64,000 bases of DNA from Kondoa subrosea. Taxonomy: Eukaryota. Shown piece after piece: positions 28,731 to 42,169 of the stretch; position 1 is the stretch's first letter; each line of letters opens with the position of its first letter. Made by a program: the position numbers and the translations under genes. The notes below the pieces were generated by a model. It was not told the origin of the DNA, did no database searches, and was given only the letters and a program-made list of their open reading frames with translations. The stretch is taken from contig BCIN01000002.1 of NCBI GenBank assembly GCA_039545335.1, positions 3,006,678-3,070,677 on the forward strand. The letters run 5' to 3'.

Positions 28731-30400
28731 CTACTCCTTCCTAGTCGGCGCGAGAGAGAGAAAAGCCACCACAGGTGCACAGTCCAGCCGCTGACTTTGT
28801 AAACCTAACATGCTTATATGTTTGCGGTCTTGTAATCGCAGGAATTGGCATAATACTTTGATGAGCATAGCATCAGTCAAGCACTCAAGTACAATGCACA
28901 ACATACTATTACCTTCACAGCATCGTCCTTGTCTTCGCTCGTCAGAATTCAGCGTTAAGCGCAGGCAAATTCGGCAACGCATCCCATCGCTCCATTGCTG
29001 TTAGCACAAGTAAAGTTGGTCTGCACATATCTGCTTGGGGAGGTCTGACTTACCATCCATCCAATCTTCCATCTCGAACGCCCCCAAAACCAATCTTATG
29101 CCCTTGAAATGACACGTCAGCTTCAACGCCTCTAGTACCTCTTCATATTCGACAGCAGGAGTGTGCAGTAGTTGTAAGTTTCTCATACTAGGCGAGTCTA
29201 ACAAGAGTGGCATTTGATTGATAGCAATTCTCGTAATGTAAAGTCGCTTGATATTACTTTCAGCGGTAGTCCAAAGAGGCATAGGCGGGTCTCTTAGACG
29301 GGCAATGACATCGTCCGCAAAATTGTATCGCAAGCTGATCAGCCCAGATCTGTACCAAGTTTAGACACCATGTGATGAAGTAACGGGACAATCTGACTAA
29401 CGGTAGGCTGTCTAATGCGACTGCAGCATCATCAATCGACAGATGTCGGAGAAGAGGATAGCGAGACCAAATATGAGTAAAATTTGATAGAGACCATGAT
29501 CCGAACCACTTCAGTGCTAAGTTGGTCATCGCTGCAGTTGGAATGATTTGCATCGGCTTGCTAGCATCCATCTCAAATTGATGCGTATAACTACAGTCCA
29601 GATACAAGTATTGGAGTTGACTGTGGATAATCGAAGTCGCAATGCTCGCAGCATCTTTGATGTTCAACCAATCCGAATAATGGCTGTAATTGTGAAAGTG
29701 CAGAACTAGACGCAGGAGCGAAGGCAAAGAAAGGATTGAAGTATAAGCAGATGTGGAAGTCGTCAGAAGAAGTCACAAAATTCTTGAGTGTGAGGTTTTT
29801 GAGTTGCGCAAGGCTTGCGCTTGCGTTCTTGAGCTGAGAGGTGATTTCAGAAAGAGGGATTTTGATGACGCCATATTTGGATGAGTGCTCAATGGAGAGA
29901 TTGGTTAGCAGAGTGATGTCCAGGATACTTGACAGCAATGAAGTACGAGACAGGCGAGTGTCGCTGAAAGCGGGATAGTTGAAATAGGTAAACTGTTTGG
30001 TAGCGAATGCAATTCTTGTGTCTTGCTCTTCAACAGATTGCAGCGCTTCTAGAAGGCTCACTCTTGCGCTGTGGCTGTTATTGCGCTCGTAATCGAAGAC
30101 AGGCGATCTGAGTAAAATAGCTCGCGCCGGTGCGACAGTGGCTTTGCAGATGAGACTAAGACGTGCTATACCTGCTTGATATACCCGATAGGCTGCGACG
30201 TCTCGCACAGAAGGCCGAGAGAGTTCTTCGAAGATGGTTAGAGTGATTTCACAAGGTAGAGGCCAAGTGGTTGGATTTGCCCGCTTGATCTTCTTCGGCC
30301 CTGTTGCGTTGCGTTTGCGCGAAGCTTTAGATGTACTTTGACCTTCTTCCGTGACTTCAGCATATTGAACAGCATTCGTGCGTTTTCGAAGTGTTGGCAT
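28731..30400 (-). CDS. F-box-like / LRR-like protein, with an apparent frameshift near 29727-29775
   Basis: LPCEITLTIFEEL F-box-like start, LSLICK, then LxxLxL repeats (LKNLTL, LQYLYL, LRHLSI). The 3' end is approximate. Confidence 0.55.
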
Positions 30401-30844
30401 CGTGCCCTTTGAGAGCAGATGACAGTAAGAAGAAGAAGCACAGACAGTTTTCTGGGATAATTCGCCAATAGATCCTGGCCAGCGCGTAGCTGAAATGGGA
30501 TTGTGAAAAAGTAAACAGAAAGATCTCCAGATTGCCAACACTGAGCTGGCAGTGGCAGTAGACGCGCTCTTAAGTACTCACCTAGCAGTCTAGATCCACA
30601 TTAAGAGTAAGGCATAATCTGGACGCATAGTCGTTGCTGCACAAAGAAGTCACGGTTTGTATCAAGGACGGACGTGCGATCTCAAACTGTGCGGACTCGG
30701 AATCGACGTAGAATTATCTTACTTGATCAGCTTTTAGGCTCCCATTTTGTCTTATTATATTCCTCGGCTATGAACATTTCCATTTCCCTGATTTCCCGGT
30801 CGCAACCCAAAGACCCATTTTCAGTGATCTGCATGAAACACTAC

Positions 30845-33800
30845 TCAAGCCAAAGCTAATAGCAGGAAAGTTCTAGTCGGCAAATAGACCTGGAAGCAAT
30901 CAATCAGTCTTCTTACACGATCTGAATCAGACATAGAGACATACATGAAGCCAATTTGGTCGGCCATTCCATTCCTATGCATATGGGTCAGCGTGTGTTA
31001 GCTCAAAGTACCAAGAGTACTGACCATTGGAGTTGTGAAGTATTCGCCATTCATATCGATTCGATCATGTCCTCCAAACCTTGCCTCATCCGAATTGAGC
31101 GCGATCTTGTACTTTCCTGCATTCCACAAACGCTATATAAGTGAACGGTCACATATAAGCACTGTGACATACCTGCTGCACCTGAACCGATTCTGTAATC
31201 TGCATAACTATTCGTCGGGTGGAAGTTGAACAAGAACAGGCAATTTGCTCTCTCGAAGACAATCACTTTGTCGGACTGTCACACATCAATCAGGCGTAGC
31301 CGAATGGTCATAAATCGGTCGAAATCGTACCTCGTTCTTGAGCGAGATGTATGCCTGTGAAGGAAGACCAATACTTAGTAGGTTCAACATACTAAGTAAT
31401 GGACCTCCTCACCTGAGGAGCACTGAGCCAATTGTAAATCCCTTCAGTGTAATTCATAGCCGCATCAAAATTGTTCAGATATCTGTATCGTAAAAGATGA
31501 TCGTCGCAGATGTTGAATTGACGTCGAGCCTATACAAATAGTATATTAGCCGATGTGATTACCGGTTGAAGAATGAGCGTACATATTGGAAGGAGTTACC
31601 ATTGCCTTCTCTTGGGAAATCGAGCCATTCTGGATGACCGAATTCGTTACCTTCGAAGTTGAGATATCCTTCTCCTCCCAGTCCATGTGTCAGCATACTG
31701 TAAACTCCACCCAGTCACAAAAGTGCCATCACTCAAAAAGAGGAGGGGCCTACCGGATCAGCTTATGGAAAGCCAAACCTCGATCAATGACTGGCGTTCG
31801 TTCCGATAAATCGCTCATGTTGGTGTACATTTCTTTATCCATCAACCAAAAGGCAATCGTCTTATCTCCCACCAAAGCTTGATCATGAGATTCAGCATAA
31901 CAGATTGACTTCTCCAAATGTCTTCGGTTAGTTAAAGTATGGCAAATAGCAGCTAAATCCCAAGCTTCATCTGTTGATTCTTTAAGCAGCTTGATCCACA
32001 TATCTGGGACAGCCATCGAGAGTCGGTAGTCGAAACCCATACCACCCTCAAATACAGGTCGGCAGAGAGCTGGCATGCCTGATACATCTTCAGCGATAGT
32101 AATGCATGTTGGGTAGATTTCGTGGAGCATTTCATTCGCCTGTCAGTAGTCAGATTTTTTCAAAGCCTGAAATGCGGCAAGAAAGAGCAGAACTGACCAG
32201 CATAAGGTATCCAACGGCTCCCAAGTCTACATTTGGACCAAAGTACTCATGATAGCCACCAGAGAAGCCTGTTCCTATTCCATGATGGGTGTAAAGCATA
32301 GAAGTAACGCCATCGAAACGGAATCCATCAAACATGAATTCTTCCATATAAAATCTTAGGTTAGATAAGAGGAATCGAAGAACTTCATGAGATTCGTAGT
32401 TGAACAAACGAGAGTCCCAAAGTTCATGTTTGCCTTTGACTCCGCCGTGGAAATATTGATGGTCTGTTCCGTCAAAGTAGTTGATGCCGTCTGCTACATT
32501 CTTGCATGCGTGAGAGTGCACAACATCGAGAAGGACTGTTAGGCCCATTCCATGAGCGGTGTCGATTAATTCCATTAGTTCCTCGGGAGTGCCTATGTCG
32601 CGGTATTGAGCATCGAGTCAAAGTTTATCGATGGAGAGACAATACCGTATCGAGAAGAAACACAGAAGAAGTTTGTAACCTGGTAACCGAAACTTGCATA
32701 GTAAGCGTGTTCCCTGTCAGATGACGATATGCTGAAATCAGCATTTGTTGATTCCAGACACGTTCCACTGACATAATGGCCATGAGCTGGATAGTGTTGT
32801 AGCCCAACTTCTTGATTCGAGGGAGGACATTGCGCGTGAATTCAGGATAGGTGCCAACTCGTAATTCAGGTGTCGAGATACCAACTGTAAATGATCGATG
32901 TTCAATCAGAACAACCTGAAAAGATCAAAGATCACTTGCCATGCGCTTCATAGACTTTTACAGCTTTGGGCGGAGCTGGTCTAGGGTTCTTGAACTGGTA
33001 CTTCTTTGGCGGATTCCAGAAGATGGCATCGTAGATAGGTGATACTGACAGATCCTGAGTCACTCGTCTGATGATTGTTCAGCTCGATATGCTGGTAGCA
33101 AAAAGAGCATACCTGATCCAAGCTGGAAGACGTTCGATTCGTTCGCCATCAGGCTTGGTCATAGAGATCTGTCAATGCAGACAAGTATGTCAGCTGAAGA
33201 ATATGCAGCGAACAAATTGTAGGTTGACCTTGACTTTGGTATTATGAGGAATAGCAGTCTGACCATTGACAGCTTTGACCAGAATCTCCCAAACTCCATA
33301 CTCGTCTCGTTTCATAGGATGAGACTCTCTATTCCATCCATCTGTCGGTGATACAGTTCAACCTCAGCTAATGTATAGCAAAGCTGAACTGTTGACCGAC
33401 TGAAATCTCCAACCAGATTAGCGGAAGTCACACCAGGCGCCCATTCGCGGTAAAGAATGTCGTTGTTCTCTTGAACGATCAGACCAAACTTGAGGTAACC
33501 TTTAGAGAAGTTGTCGTAACCTCCTTCATGCTGCTGAATTGCATCTTTCCATTGCTTGTAATGTGCGTATCTGTGCAGCTCAACAGTCTGTCTGACACAG
33601 CTCCTAGGAAGCTGTACGACAAATAGCGCACCGTTCTCGAAGACCTGGAGCTGAAGGTTCTAACCAAGGATCATGTTGAATGACGCCTGCAAGTCGCTGT
33701 GAGCCAAATTCATAAGCGTAGCATGATAGTAGACCTACCTGTACCATCTGTGATTATAAAACAGACCTGGTTATCAGCTAGTCATGCAGGCTAGCGAAAA

Positions 33801-33883
33801 TGTGAAACCGCACCTGTCGCTTTCGAGTAATCAATAGGTTTTGGAGCGGGAGGCTGCTGCTGTTGAGAAAGAGCCGTAGTCAT
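30845..33883 (-). CDS. GLC3: 1,4-alpha-glucan (glycogen) branching enzyme, GH13; multi-exon
   Basis: [98 protein letters not shown]; ends [14 protein letters not shown]. Confidence 0.95.
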
Positions 33884-34041
33884 GTTATGCTGTGCGTGTA
33901 CAGAGAGTCCTAAACCAATACGACTTGTGTTTTGAGAGCAACCCAACACGAGAAGTTGGCTTCTGGGTATGACGCGGATAAGCGAGCCGAGACTTCATGC
34001 GAGTCAGAGGAAGGGAAAGGACTATAAGACAGTTGTGTTCA

Positions 34042-34086
34042 ATGCTCTATGTGCTATATGCTAATGCTATGCTATGCTCAATGCTA
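34042..34086 (-). repeat. degenerate (TAGCA)n array immediately after a stop codon
   Basis: Seven TGCT cores in 45 bp on the + strand, reading TAGCATTGAGCATAGCATAGCATTAGCATATAGCACATAGAGCAT on the - strand. Confidence 0.7.
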
Positions 34087-35637
34087 CTACGGATGTAACG
34101 ACATCTCTTGATCTTGCAGGAAATTGTTGGACCCAGCACCAATCTTGAGTTCCCCATACTCGCTCGTCCCGTCGTACTATATCGCCGTGTATCAGCTAAC
34201 TATCACTCTCAATTTGATACATGAGGAAATCACCGTAATACGATAAATGCGCGGACTTCCCAAACTGTCGAAACCCTTCCCACTGAGCTCATAATCAGCA
34301 GACGAGAGGAGAATACTGACAATCTACGAAGAGCTTCTTGCGTCCCTCCTCCACTCTGAGTAGCTTCGACCATCATATCCGCTTCGAAACTCAAATCATG
34401 CTGATCAGGCAATTGCAGAAGAAGAGCCATATCGAGACTTGATTCAACTCCAGCGCGTCTGTAATACAACAATGACGATCAACCTAGATTACCTAGCTTA
34501 ACGACCGGGATCGGGCTTACTGAACTGGATCTTCTCGTAAAGTGAATAAAGCAGTTGAAGTTTCCACGCCCGAACCTCTGTCAGTGCACCTCGCTATCAG
34601 TGGCTACAACTAATAGATGACAGGAGATCACCGACTGAATACTCGCATGCTGTGAATATAATGATGATTCAGCGCGACTCGCAACAAACATCAAGGTAAA
34701 CTCACGCTCTTATAACTAGCTTCCATCGTGTTCGTTCCATCCAAGTGCAAACTCCCATACGGATCAAATCCTAAACTTACTCCACCAGTTCTAGTAGTAG
34801 TTCGCTTGATCTCAGTAAAATCTTTATCCCTGTTCAAAGGTGATGCAACGTGAGATGGGTAGATGCATTTGATGATCGGTGCAGGTTGATCAGATGTAGT
34901 GAGCGATGGTTGGAAGTTGAAACGGATTTCACAGTCTTTGATACGTGCTGCGGTTGTGTCAGTACTAGGGAAATCGCAGCGAGATTGACTTACTTTGAGA
35001 TAATGGATGAAAGACAACGCGAAAGCCTAAGATAGCGGATGGAAAGGGAGAAAGAGCGCTAGGTTGAGGCTGTCTCGTTGACGTATCAGCTGTACGTCAG
35101 AGTCAAGTCGAGAGTCAACTGACATAGATTGTATGAGCTGTCAAGAAAGAATGAGCAATATCGTAAGTAGACATGTTGACGCGTACTCTTGATGACAAGC
35201 AACCTCGAGCGCGGCATCTGAACGTCTGCAACCAACAAAGTGGGAGTCTGAGCGGCTTCAGGTGTCTGACCTCTTGAAGTTCTGCCAAAGAGGGACATGC
35301 TTTGAATCTTTGGCGAAGACTCCCTTCCACTTCTCTTGGGCGCTGATTTGCTTGCAGTAAGCTTGGGCGAAGCAGGTTCATCTACCGCCGACAGCCCAAT
35401 CAATTGACTTCGAGGAGAAGTCGTTGGAGATGAGCTTGGCTGTAGAAGTGGAATTCCGAATGGTGCATCATCATCTTCGAGCTCCAAAGCCTTGTTGCGA
35501 GGCGAACTAGAGGGAGAAGCTACCGGGTTGAAAGAGATTGCCAGCTCTCGACTTCGAGAATCGGACACAGCTCGTCTGCTGAGCGCTGAAGGACGAGGAG
35601 TAGATGAAATGGGCAGATCATGACCTGGCGACTGCAT
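34087..35637 (-). CDS. hypothetical protein with S/P-rich disordered N-terminus and a beta-rich C-terminal region; multi-exon
   Basis: ORFs 35086-35637, 34691-35017 and 34230-34472 can be linked by GT-AG introns; last exon YDGTSEYGELKIG...SLHP*. Confidence 0.6.
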
Positions 35638-36476
35638 TCTCTTGTCGGCAGAGGTGAATTGGACGTTTCCGAAGTCAACACTGCCGCGCGAACTCTTGTC
35701 AAGCGAGCGCTATTTCGCGTATGCGACGCGCACACAGGGCATGCGCTCAATCACGTAGTGGTTGCTGGAGAAGATGCACCTTGAAACAGAGCAAGAAGCA
35801 AGAGGCAAACTTCTGTCAAATGACATGCAAAAAGGAGGTCTCGGACAGCTCAATCTTCCTCATCTTGCTAGCTTGTAAGGACAACTGAATTCTATAACAG
35901 CATCTTGTGCTCTCTGCAGTGGCATATGACATGTCGGCTTCCAGCTTTTTGGCTTCCTGTCTCATCTCGCGTAATTGCTGTATTTCGTTGCAAGATGCTC
36001 TTTTGATGATAAGTACCAGCACTATATCTGCACAGATATCAATCATCTGTTTCCTTAGTGCCAAGAGGATCACTGAGAATTGTCTTCTCCTCTTTGCAAC
36101 CCTTCGCACCACACTTTTGGGAGCACATGGAAGCGTATCTGTGAGGTATCAGGAACCACGCCTTTCGTCTTCCTTTGATAGCTTCCATGTCTCAAAACCT
36201 ACATTAGACCGAAGTTTGATTAGTTCTATCCTTTCGGTGGTATTGCGCATTAATCAAAAGGGCTGAAAGAATTCAAACGTATTCTTTCTACGCCCGCTTC
36301 CGCAATTACCGATGCCCGATTGATCCTTTTCTTGCCCAACGCTTCGTCTCTCTCTTCCCAGCTCAAGTCACTTGCTCACCTCGATCTGCCAAAGCTGTCT
36401 ACCTCTGATCGCTTGACTTGCTTCGTATCAAGCTCTCTTCCCTCATACTCTCCCTTTCTGCATTCAAATCGACGCG

Positions 36477-38472
36477 ATGGCTGCCTTACTCAAAGCCGCT
36501 GAAGCCTTACCTTCGACCACCAATGTAAGCTTTAGATAATCGCAGTCCTGCCAATATCCGCTGATCTTTCACTTCTTGCTTTAGCCCTATACTTTCCTCA
36601 TTACCAAAATCGCAGGTTCTCGAATCCCTCCTGTCCCAGCTGCATTCTTTCCTGCCCTCAAATTCAACTTCGCTCTCGCTGGCGTCGGTCTAGTTGCTTC
36701 TGTAGGCATTATTATTGTGAAATGCTTCAAGAGCGGTTTTTGGGTGATGCGAAGATCAACAACGACTGAGCAAACGCTGCTTTGTCCAAATACCAGTCTG
36801 CTTCAAGCGATCGTGAGTAGTTCATCCCTCTGCATGTTGTATCAGACTAAATTCGACAATGCAGTGGAGCACCCTCTTCTTTACCGGTTCGATCGTCTCT
36901 ACCTATTTCTATGTCTTATCATGGGATAAGAAACACGCGTCGCCCGGAGATCATGTATGTCGATATCTCTCGTTTTGCGATTTCGTGCTCATGGCTTTCA
37001 AAGTACTTCGAAGGCGCCAAATGGATTCCTTTGATTGCACTGGTGAGTTTTCTACCTACCTCAGATGTAAATGGTGCTCACACTAGTGTCTGATTAGATG
37101 TGGACCGAGACTTGGGTAATTGCACACAATAGTGTGACCTATCAGTTCTCAATCCTATCTTAGGGAGCCGCAGTTGCGGGTTATCTGGCAAAAGAACAAG
37201 CTAAACAAAGCAATCTCGCCAATATGGCGCCTACTTGGAGTCCTGTTCCTACTTCTTTCCGCCGTTTCATTTCTCCTATGGCTCTGAACATATTCTTCCC
37301 TTTCGCTTTCGTGGCTTCAGTGGCAGTGTGAGTATTGCATTGTTCGCCATATTTTCCTGAACTCACCATATCTTGGCAGTACTCTTTCTCTCTACATTCA
37401 ATATGGCGTACTCTATTCGATTGTGTTCGCTCGTACCGACGATGTTCTCCATCAAGTACAGTCTATGGTCGGACAGTGGCAAAGCGGACAAATGGTCGAT
37501 GCAGCGGCATTGACTGTAGGTTTTGCCCGGATGGACACAGCAAGAGCAAATTTCAACAAGACTGGCTCGTGAGCGATGGATTTGCAAAAAGCAATTTGTC
37601 TTAAGCTGATGTTCGCTTAGACATATTCCTCTCGGCAATGGCTTCCTTCTACTTATTCTCACTGTCCTTATTTATCTTCCTATCACCATTCACTATCAAT
37701 TCTTCCTCCATAGGCAGATCAAAGCTCTCAAAGAAATCTCAGCTAGATCTTCCGCTGTGGCACCTCTTAAGCGTACTTAGTGAGTCTTTTTGATGATGCA
37801 CGGAGCTTGTTGCTTATGGTCCTTCAGTATGACACTACAACTTCGTGAGTTGACCCTACTGAAGCCTCGCAGGTCAACTGACCTACTGTACAGAATCGCT
37901 GGTCGTATTGACTGTAGTCTCGCTTCACATTGCTCTTTCATTATGGCTAGGACTAGCAGGCGCTACGACGTAAGCTTGCCTCATCTATACTCTCCATCTT
38001 ATGCTGATCGTGGGTCCTCAGATTCCATGACATGAAGCTCCTCTCCATCGCTATCTTGGCTTCTTACTACCTCTTTGGATCCTTCATCGCTCCTCTCAAC
38101 TGTATTCTACTATACAAAGCTATTGTTGGACCTCGTATGACAAGCAAGAAATCCATCGCCCAGAAATCAGCTGGTTCTGGCTTCGCCCACAGTGGAATCG
38201 AAATGCATGTAAGTCTGATATATTACCGGAGCGACAGAGTCAGCAATTAATCGACATGCGTTTCTTTTCTTTCCGCACAGACTTCTGTTTCTCGCCATGT
38301 TGATGCGATGTCAAAGGATGACGTGAACAGGTCGGTCTTTCTCCGTTTGGTCAATGTATTCTAGTACTGATACATGGTTAATAGATACCCTGTACCAAAC
38401 ACTATGGTCAAGCTCAGCTACCAGCCTGATGACAAGGAGGAAAAGTCAATGGATGAAAAAGCTTCGTACTAG
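36477..38472 (+). CDS. orphan polytopic (about 7 TM) membrane protein, multi-exon
   Basis: Spliced reading MAALLKAAEALPSTTN|PYTFLITK...FNFALAGVGLVASVGIIIV...LLCPNTSLL...AILASYYLFGSFIAPLNCILLY...KSMDEKASY*; several hydrophobic helices and a polar C-terminal tail. Confidence 0.65.
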
Positions 38473-39048
38473 GGACAAGAGTACATCTGCAATATACAAG
38501 GGGAAGGAGACGTTTTCTGTTGGGCTTTGAGAGGTTTCTCTTTCTTTCATTTCAGTTCATTTGGGCGTGTAAAGTTCAGTCAGTATCGAGTTCTCACTTC
38601 AAGGAAAAATGGAGATTTGTGACACGAGCTTCACATCTTCTTGCTTTCCATTTCCCTCCTATGAGCTGTCGACTTTCATCCTAATGCTTTCGAACGAAAA
38701 CAAGAAGACACATCAGAACATAGATGTGAAGATCACTAAAGCTAAGAAAGGCGTAGCCAGACAATGCACATCCGGAAGAATTGACATGAGGGTAAAGGAG
38801 CAGAAGAGTACGAAGACTGAGGATTGGAAGAAGAGCAGACAAATGTGCAGTGAAATTATGCTCAAACAAAGGCAGAACAGCTTGCAGGCATCGAATTGCA
38901 GTTGAGTGAGTTTGACAGATACGAAGGTTTACGATTCAATCTCTTGAACCCAAATGCAGAATACCCATCGATATCATCTTTTGATTTCGCAAAATGCAAC
39001 TCAATGACCAAATCATGCTGTACCACCAGTACAACCAAAGCGACACGT

Positions 39049-40052
39049 TTACGCGGCGTGCTTGGCTTTGCCTGCTCTCACTGTACGAGCATACCAGAGG
39101 TTCATCAGTACAAGGCTGAAAAAGTCAACTGTCACCACGTACATCTCCTGAGGTAGAACTCGAGTTCCTTTCCTTCGAGCACGTAACCATCACATCGTCC
39201 ACTTTGACCTGGTCGGGATGAGATAGCAGCGTAAAGACGACCGGCCTGGAATTGAGATTCTAGAAGAGGGTCGACTTTGGATTGAGCTTTGAGTGCATCT
39301 AGCTTTTTCTGTTTGCCTTCGGAAGGTGCAACGGCATCAGCTTCAGCTTCTTTAGCGGCGGCCTGTCAAAACCCAATCATGTTAGACCAGATAACAAATC
39401 TAGATGAACAATTAGGACTGACCCTGCCCTTCTTTGTGATTGCCTGGTGATAATGCGCTTCATACCATTGTCTGAAAGGTGTAGCATCGATCTGGACAAT
39501 AGCGTTCTTGACAAGAGTGTTTGTTCGTACCAACTCGTTGTTGGAAGAGTTGTAGACTACACCGATGACACGGGTTTTGCGAGTAGTGTGTTCTGAACCC
39601 CAAGCGAAATTGCCTGATTCCAGACGAAGAGCTCGGTGCTTGATGTTGCCTCCACGTACACGGACGGTGTGAATGCGTTTAGCGCCTAGCTTGGTCATGG
39701 CTGGCTGACGACCTAATTCGAACTTCCTCTTCTTGCGGTATTGAGCTCTTTGGGCCCCTGAGGCGGACCTCTTGTCCCTTGTCGTTCTTGTGATACCTGT
39801 TCGAGAAGAGATTCAAGCAATGAGCATGAAGTTCGACAGTTGCAGAAGATTTTTTCGAAGTATGACAGCAGGCTGGTATTCAAGCTCAATAGACTTTGCT
39901 GATGGGATATCTCCAGCGTTCTATGCTCCCAAGAGCTCTATGGACTGTCCTGGCTCGTTTTGCGTGGTTGAGAGCTTGTGGTTCGACCAAATTTCGCACA
40001 AACAGGGTATAGACAACGGGTCTTCGACAGCAAAGCAGGATAACTAACCCAT
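39049..40052 (-). CDS. RPS8: 40S ribosomal protein S8 (eS8); first coding exon ATGG followed by a 252-nt intron
   Basis: [66 protein letters not shown]; ends KAKHAA*. Confidence 0.97.
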
Positions 40053-40435
40053 CTTGTTTGACTAGGCGGCTTCTCTTCGCTACTAGGGAAAATCAACGGG
40101 GTTCAAGAGAAGGAAAAGAGTTAAAATTAAGTTTCGTTAACTGGACTTGACCATCACATTTCAAGTAAGCGATAGAGGGAGGAGGAGAGAAGAGGAGCAG
40201 AAGCTCAGCCTCAGACTCCTTCATAGTTTAGCTGAGATCGCACAATGTGATATATCTTCTGATGACATTGAATCAAATTTTCAGCTTCCCTATACTGCTA
40301 TTTCAAGGCGCATGGATCGCCAATCCAAAGCAAACAAAGCAATCTAGTATTGAAGCTCGTGCCACACAGACATCTAGGTTAAACCACCACATACAACACA
40401 AAGAAAGCAGAAGTTATGAAGAATGCCATGCTTGA

Positions 40436-41631
40436 CTATATACCAGTTGGGCGAGTATTCAGAAGCACTGCTACGTGTGTGCTGGAGCACTTCCCTGGAC
40501 AAAGTATGAGTAAAGCGCCCACTCTAAGCTGAAGAAAGCACAAACACATACCTATGGTATCTGAACCAGCGCCATCAGACAGATCTTTCTCTTCGTCTTG
40601 TTTGATATGAGTAGCTAAATTCTCAAGAGCATCAACTGCTCGAGCGATCTTCCAGACTACCATAGACCCGTAGACTTGAGTTGCCATCAAGATGACTATG
40701 CTCAGAACCAAGATGACCGAGAATGCCAAGTCGAGAGAATCTTTGTTTCGCGCTTCTGTAAGACCCCACCAGACCAGAACGTAAATGGCGAAGACAAATT
40801 TAGAGATACTATCGAAGCAAATATAAGAGTTTGTAGTAGATTCCAAGAACGGCGACGTACAACGATTGAATGGAGGCGAACCGCAAGGCGAATTTCACTT
40901 TACGGGTTGAGTACTTAAGTCGATCTGAGGCACTAATTCAGCGCTGTTCTGGAAAAGAGCAGATAGTTCGCTCACACATTAGAAGTGCGGCAAAGATAGA
41001 CTGTTCTGTAGTCGCCTGAAACAGCCATACCAAGCCAGTGACCATTAAGCTAGGGTGCTGCGTCTTTGTAGAACATGCGAGCACGAAGATCATAGAAAAG
41101 ATAGTCTGTTCATGGTATGAGAAGTAGCTTTAATTGGACGATTTCAGACTTACTGAAAAGTGATGGATCAGCATCGGCCATCTCATTTCCACCCTGTAAA
41201 TCAACTCGAAGAGATACAAGCCACAGACGAAGGTTGCAGCGACATATACACAGTTGATTCGTGCGAGGGAGTATTCTTCCGCCAGGAGGGAAGTTGCAGC
41301 TAGCTGAAGCGCAAGAGCAATAGTCGTGTAGAATATATTCAGCACATAGATGACCGCTGTACGTTGATTGGCAAAGGAGAGAGTTGGAAAGACAATTGAG
41401 TACCGGCGAAAGAGAGCTTCTGAGATCTTGGCAGAAAAGTATAGTATGCAAATATAGGTGAAATTGCTTATACCTGATCGAAATGTATTAGCGCACGATC
41501 ATCCCAAGAGGAGGAGAAGACATACTGAAGAAGGCGATTGTCAGAGGATCAACATGTCTTGTCAAGGCAGCTTGAAGAGCTTTAATAGAGGACGAGTGCA
41601 GGGTCGATAGATCTGCAGCAGTGATTGGCAT
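40436..41631 (-). CDS. multi-pass membrane protein, possibly TLC-domain-like
   Basis: QRTAVIYVLNIFYTT, LYLFELIYR..MRWPMLIHHF, LFQATTEQSIF..LLMYRL, LMATQVYGS across introns; HH motif within TM segments. Confidence 0.65.
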
Positions 41632-42123
41632 CTTCTACTGATATTCGTTGCTGATGAGGAGAAGAGCGAAAGACCATGGATTTCTTCAAATAGGGATAGA
41701 AGATAGGCCTCCGCGGAGCATACGCCTAGGCCCTATCGGAACGGTGTGCTCCCGTCCCAGTTCAGCATTGTACCCCTTGATCGCACATTCCACCTTGGAC
41801 ACATTGTGCGAACACATTCTCCAGAGCGAACACGATAACGAGCACGGGCAAGGAGCTCCTATGCAGAGGCCTTTCAAGTAGAACCGTATGGCGCTAGGAA
41901 GAAATGAGCAGTCCCAAATCTCGTTGTTCACTTGCAAGATACATTGAGGTCAACTCGGCGGACAAGGGACTTGTAGCAAACTGTGGTTGTGCTTGAGGAG
42001 CTTAGCTCTCCGGACACTAGCGGGCTGAGGGTCACCATCGCTATTAGGATATTTCTAACCCTCCGAGTCGGACTTGCTATTAGTAATTAGAGCCATCTCA
42101 TATTCACCTTGCCTATAATCACC

Positions 42124-42169
42124 GCTACTTCAAGCACCACTAGCGCGCTACTTCAAGCACCATTAGCGC
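42124..42169. repeat. 23-bp tandem duplication GCTACTTCAAGCACCAYTAGCGC x2 (1 mismatch)
   Basis: Read directly: copies at 42124-42146 and 42147-42169. Confidence 0.85.

Noticed and set aside
36477..38472. Could the ~7-TM gene be the opsin partner of the carotenoid cluster?
   Set aside because: No helix-G DxxxK retinal-binding motif or RYxDW helix-C motif in my spliced reading, and it lies ~13 kb away with unrelated genes between.
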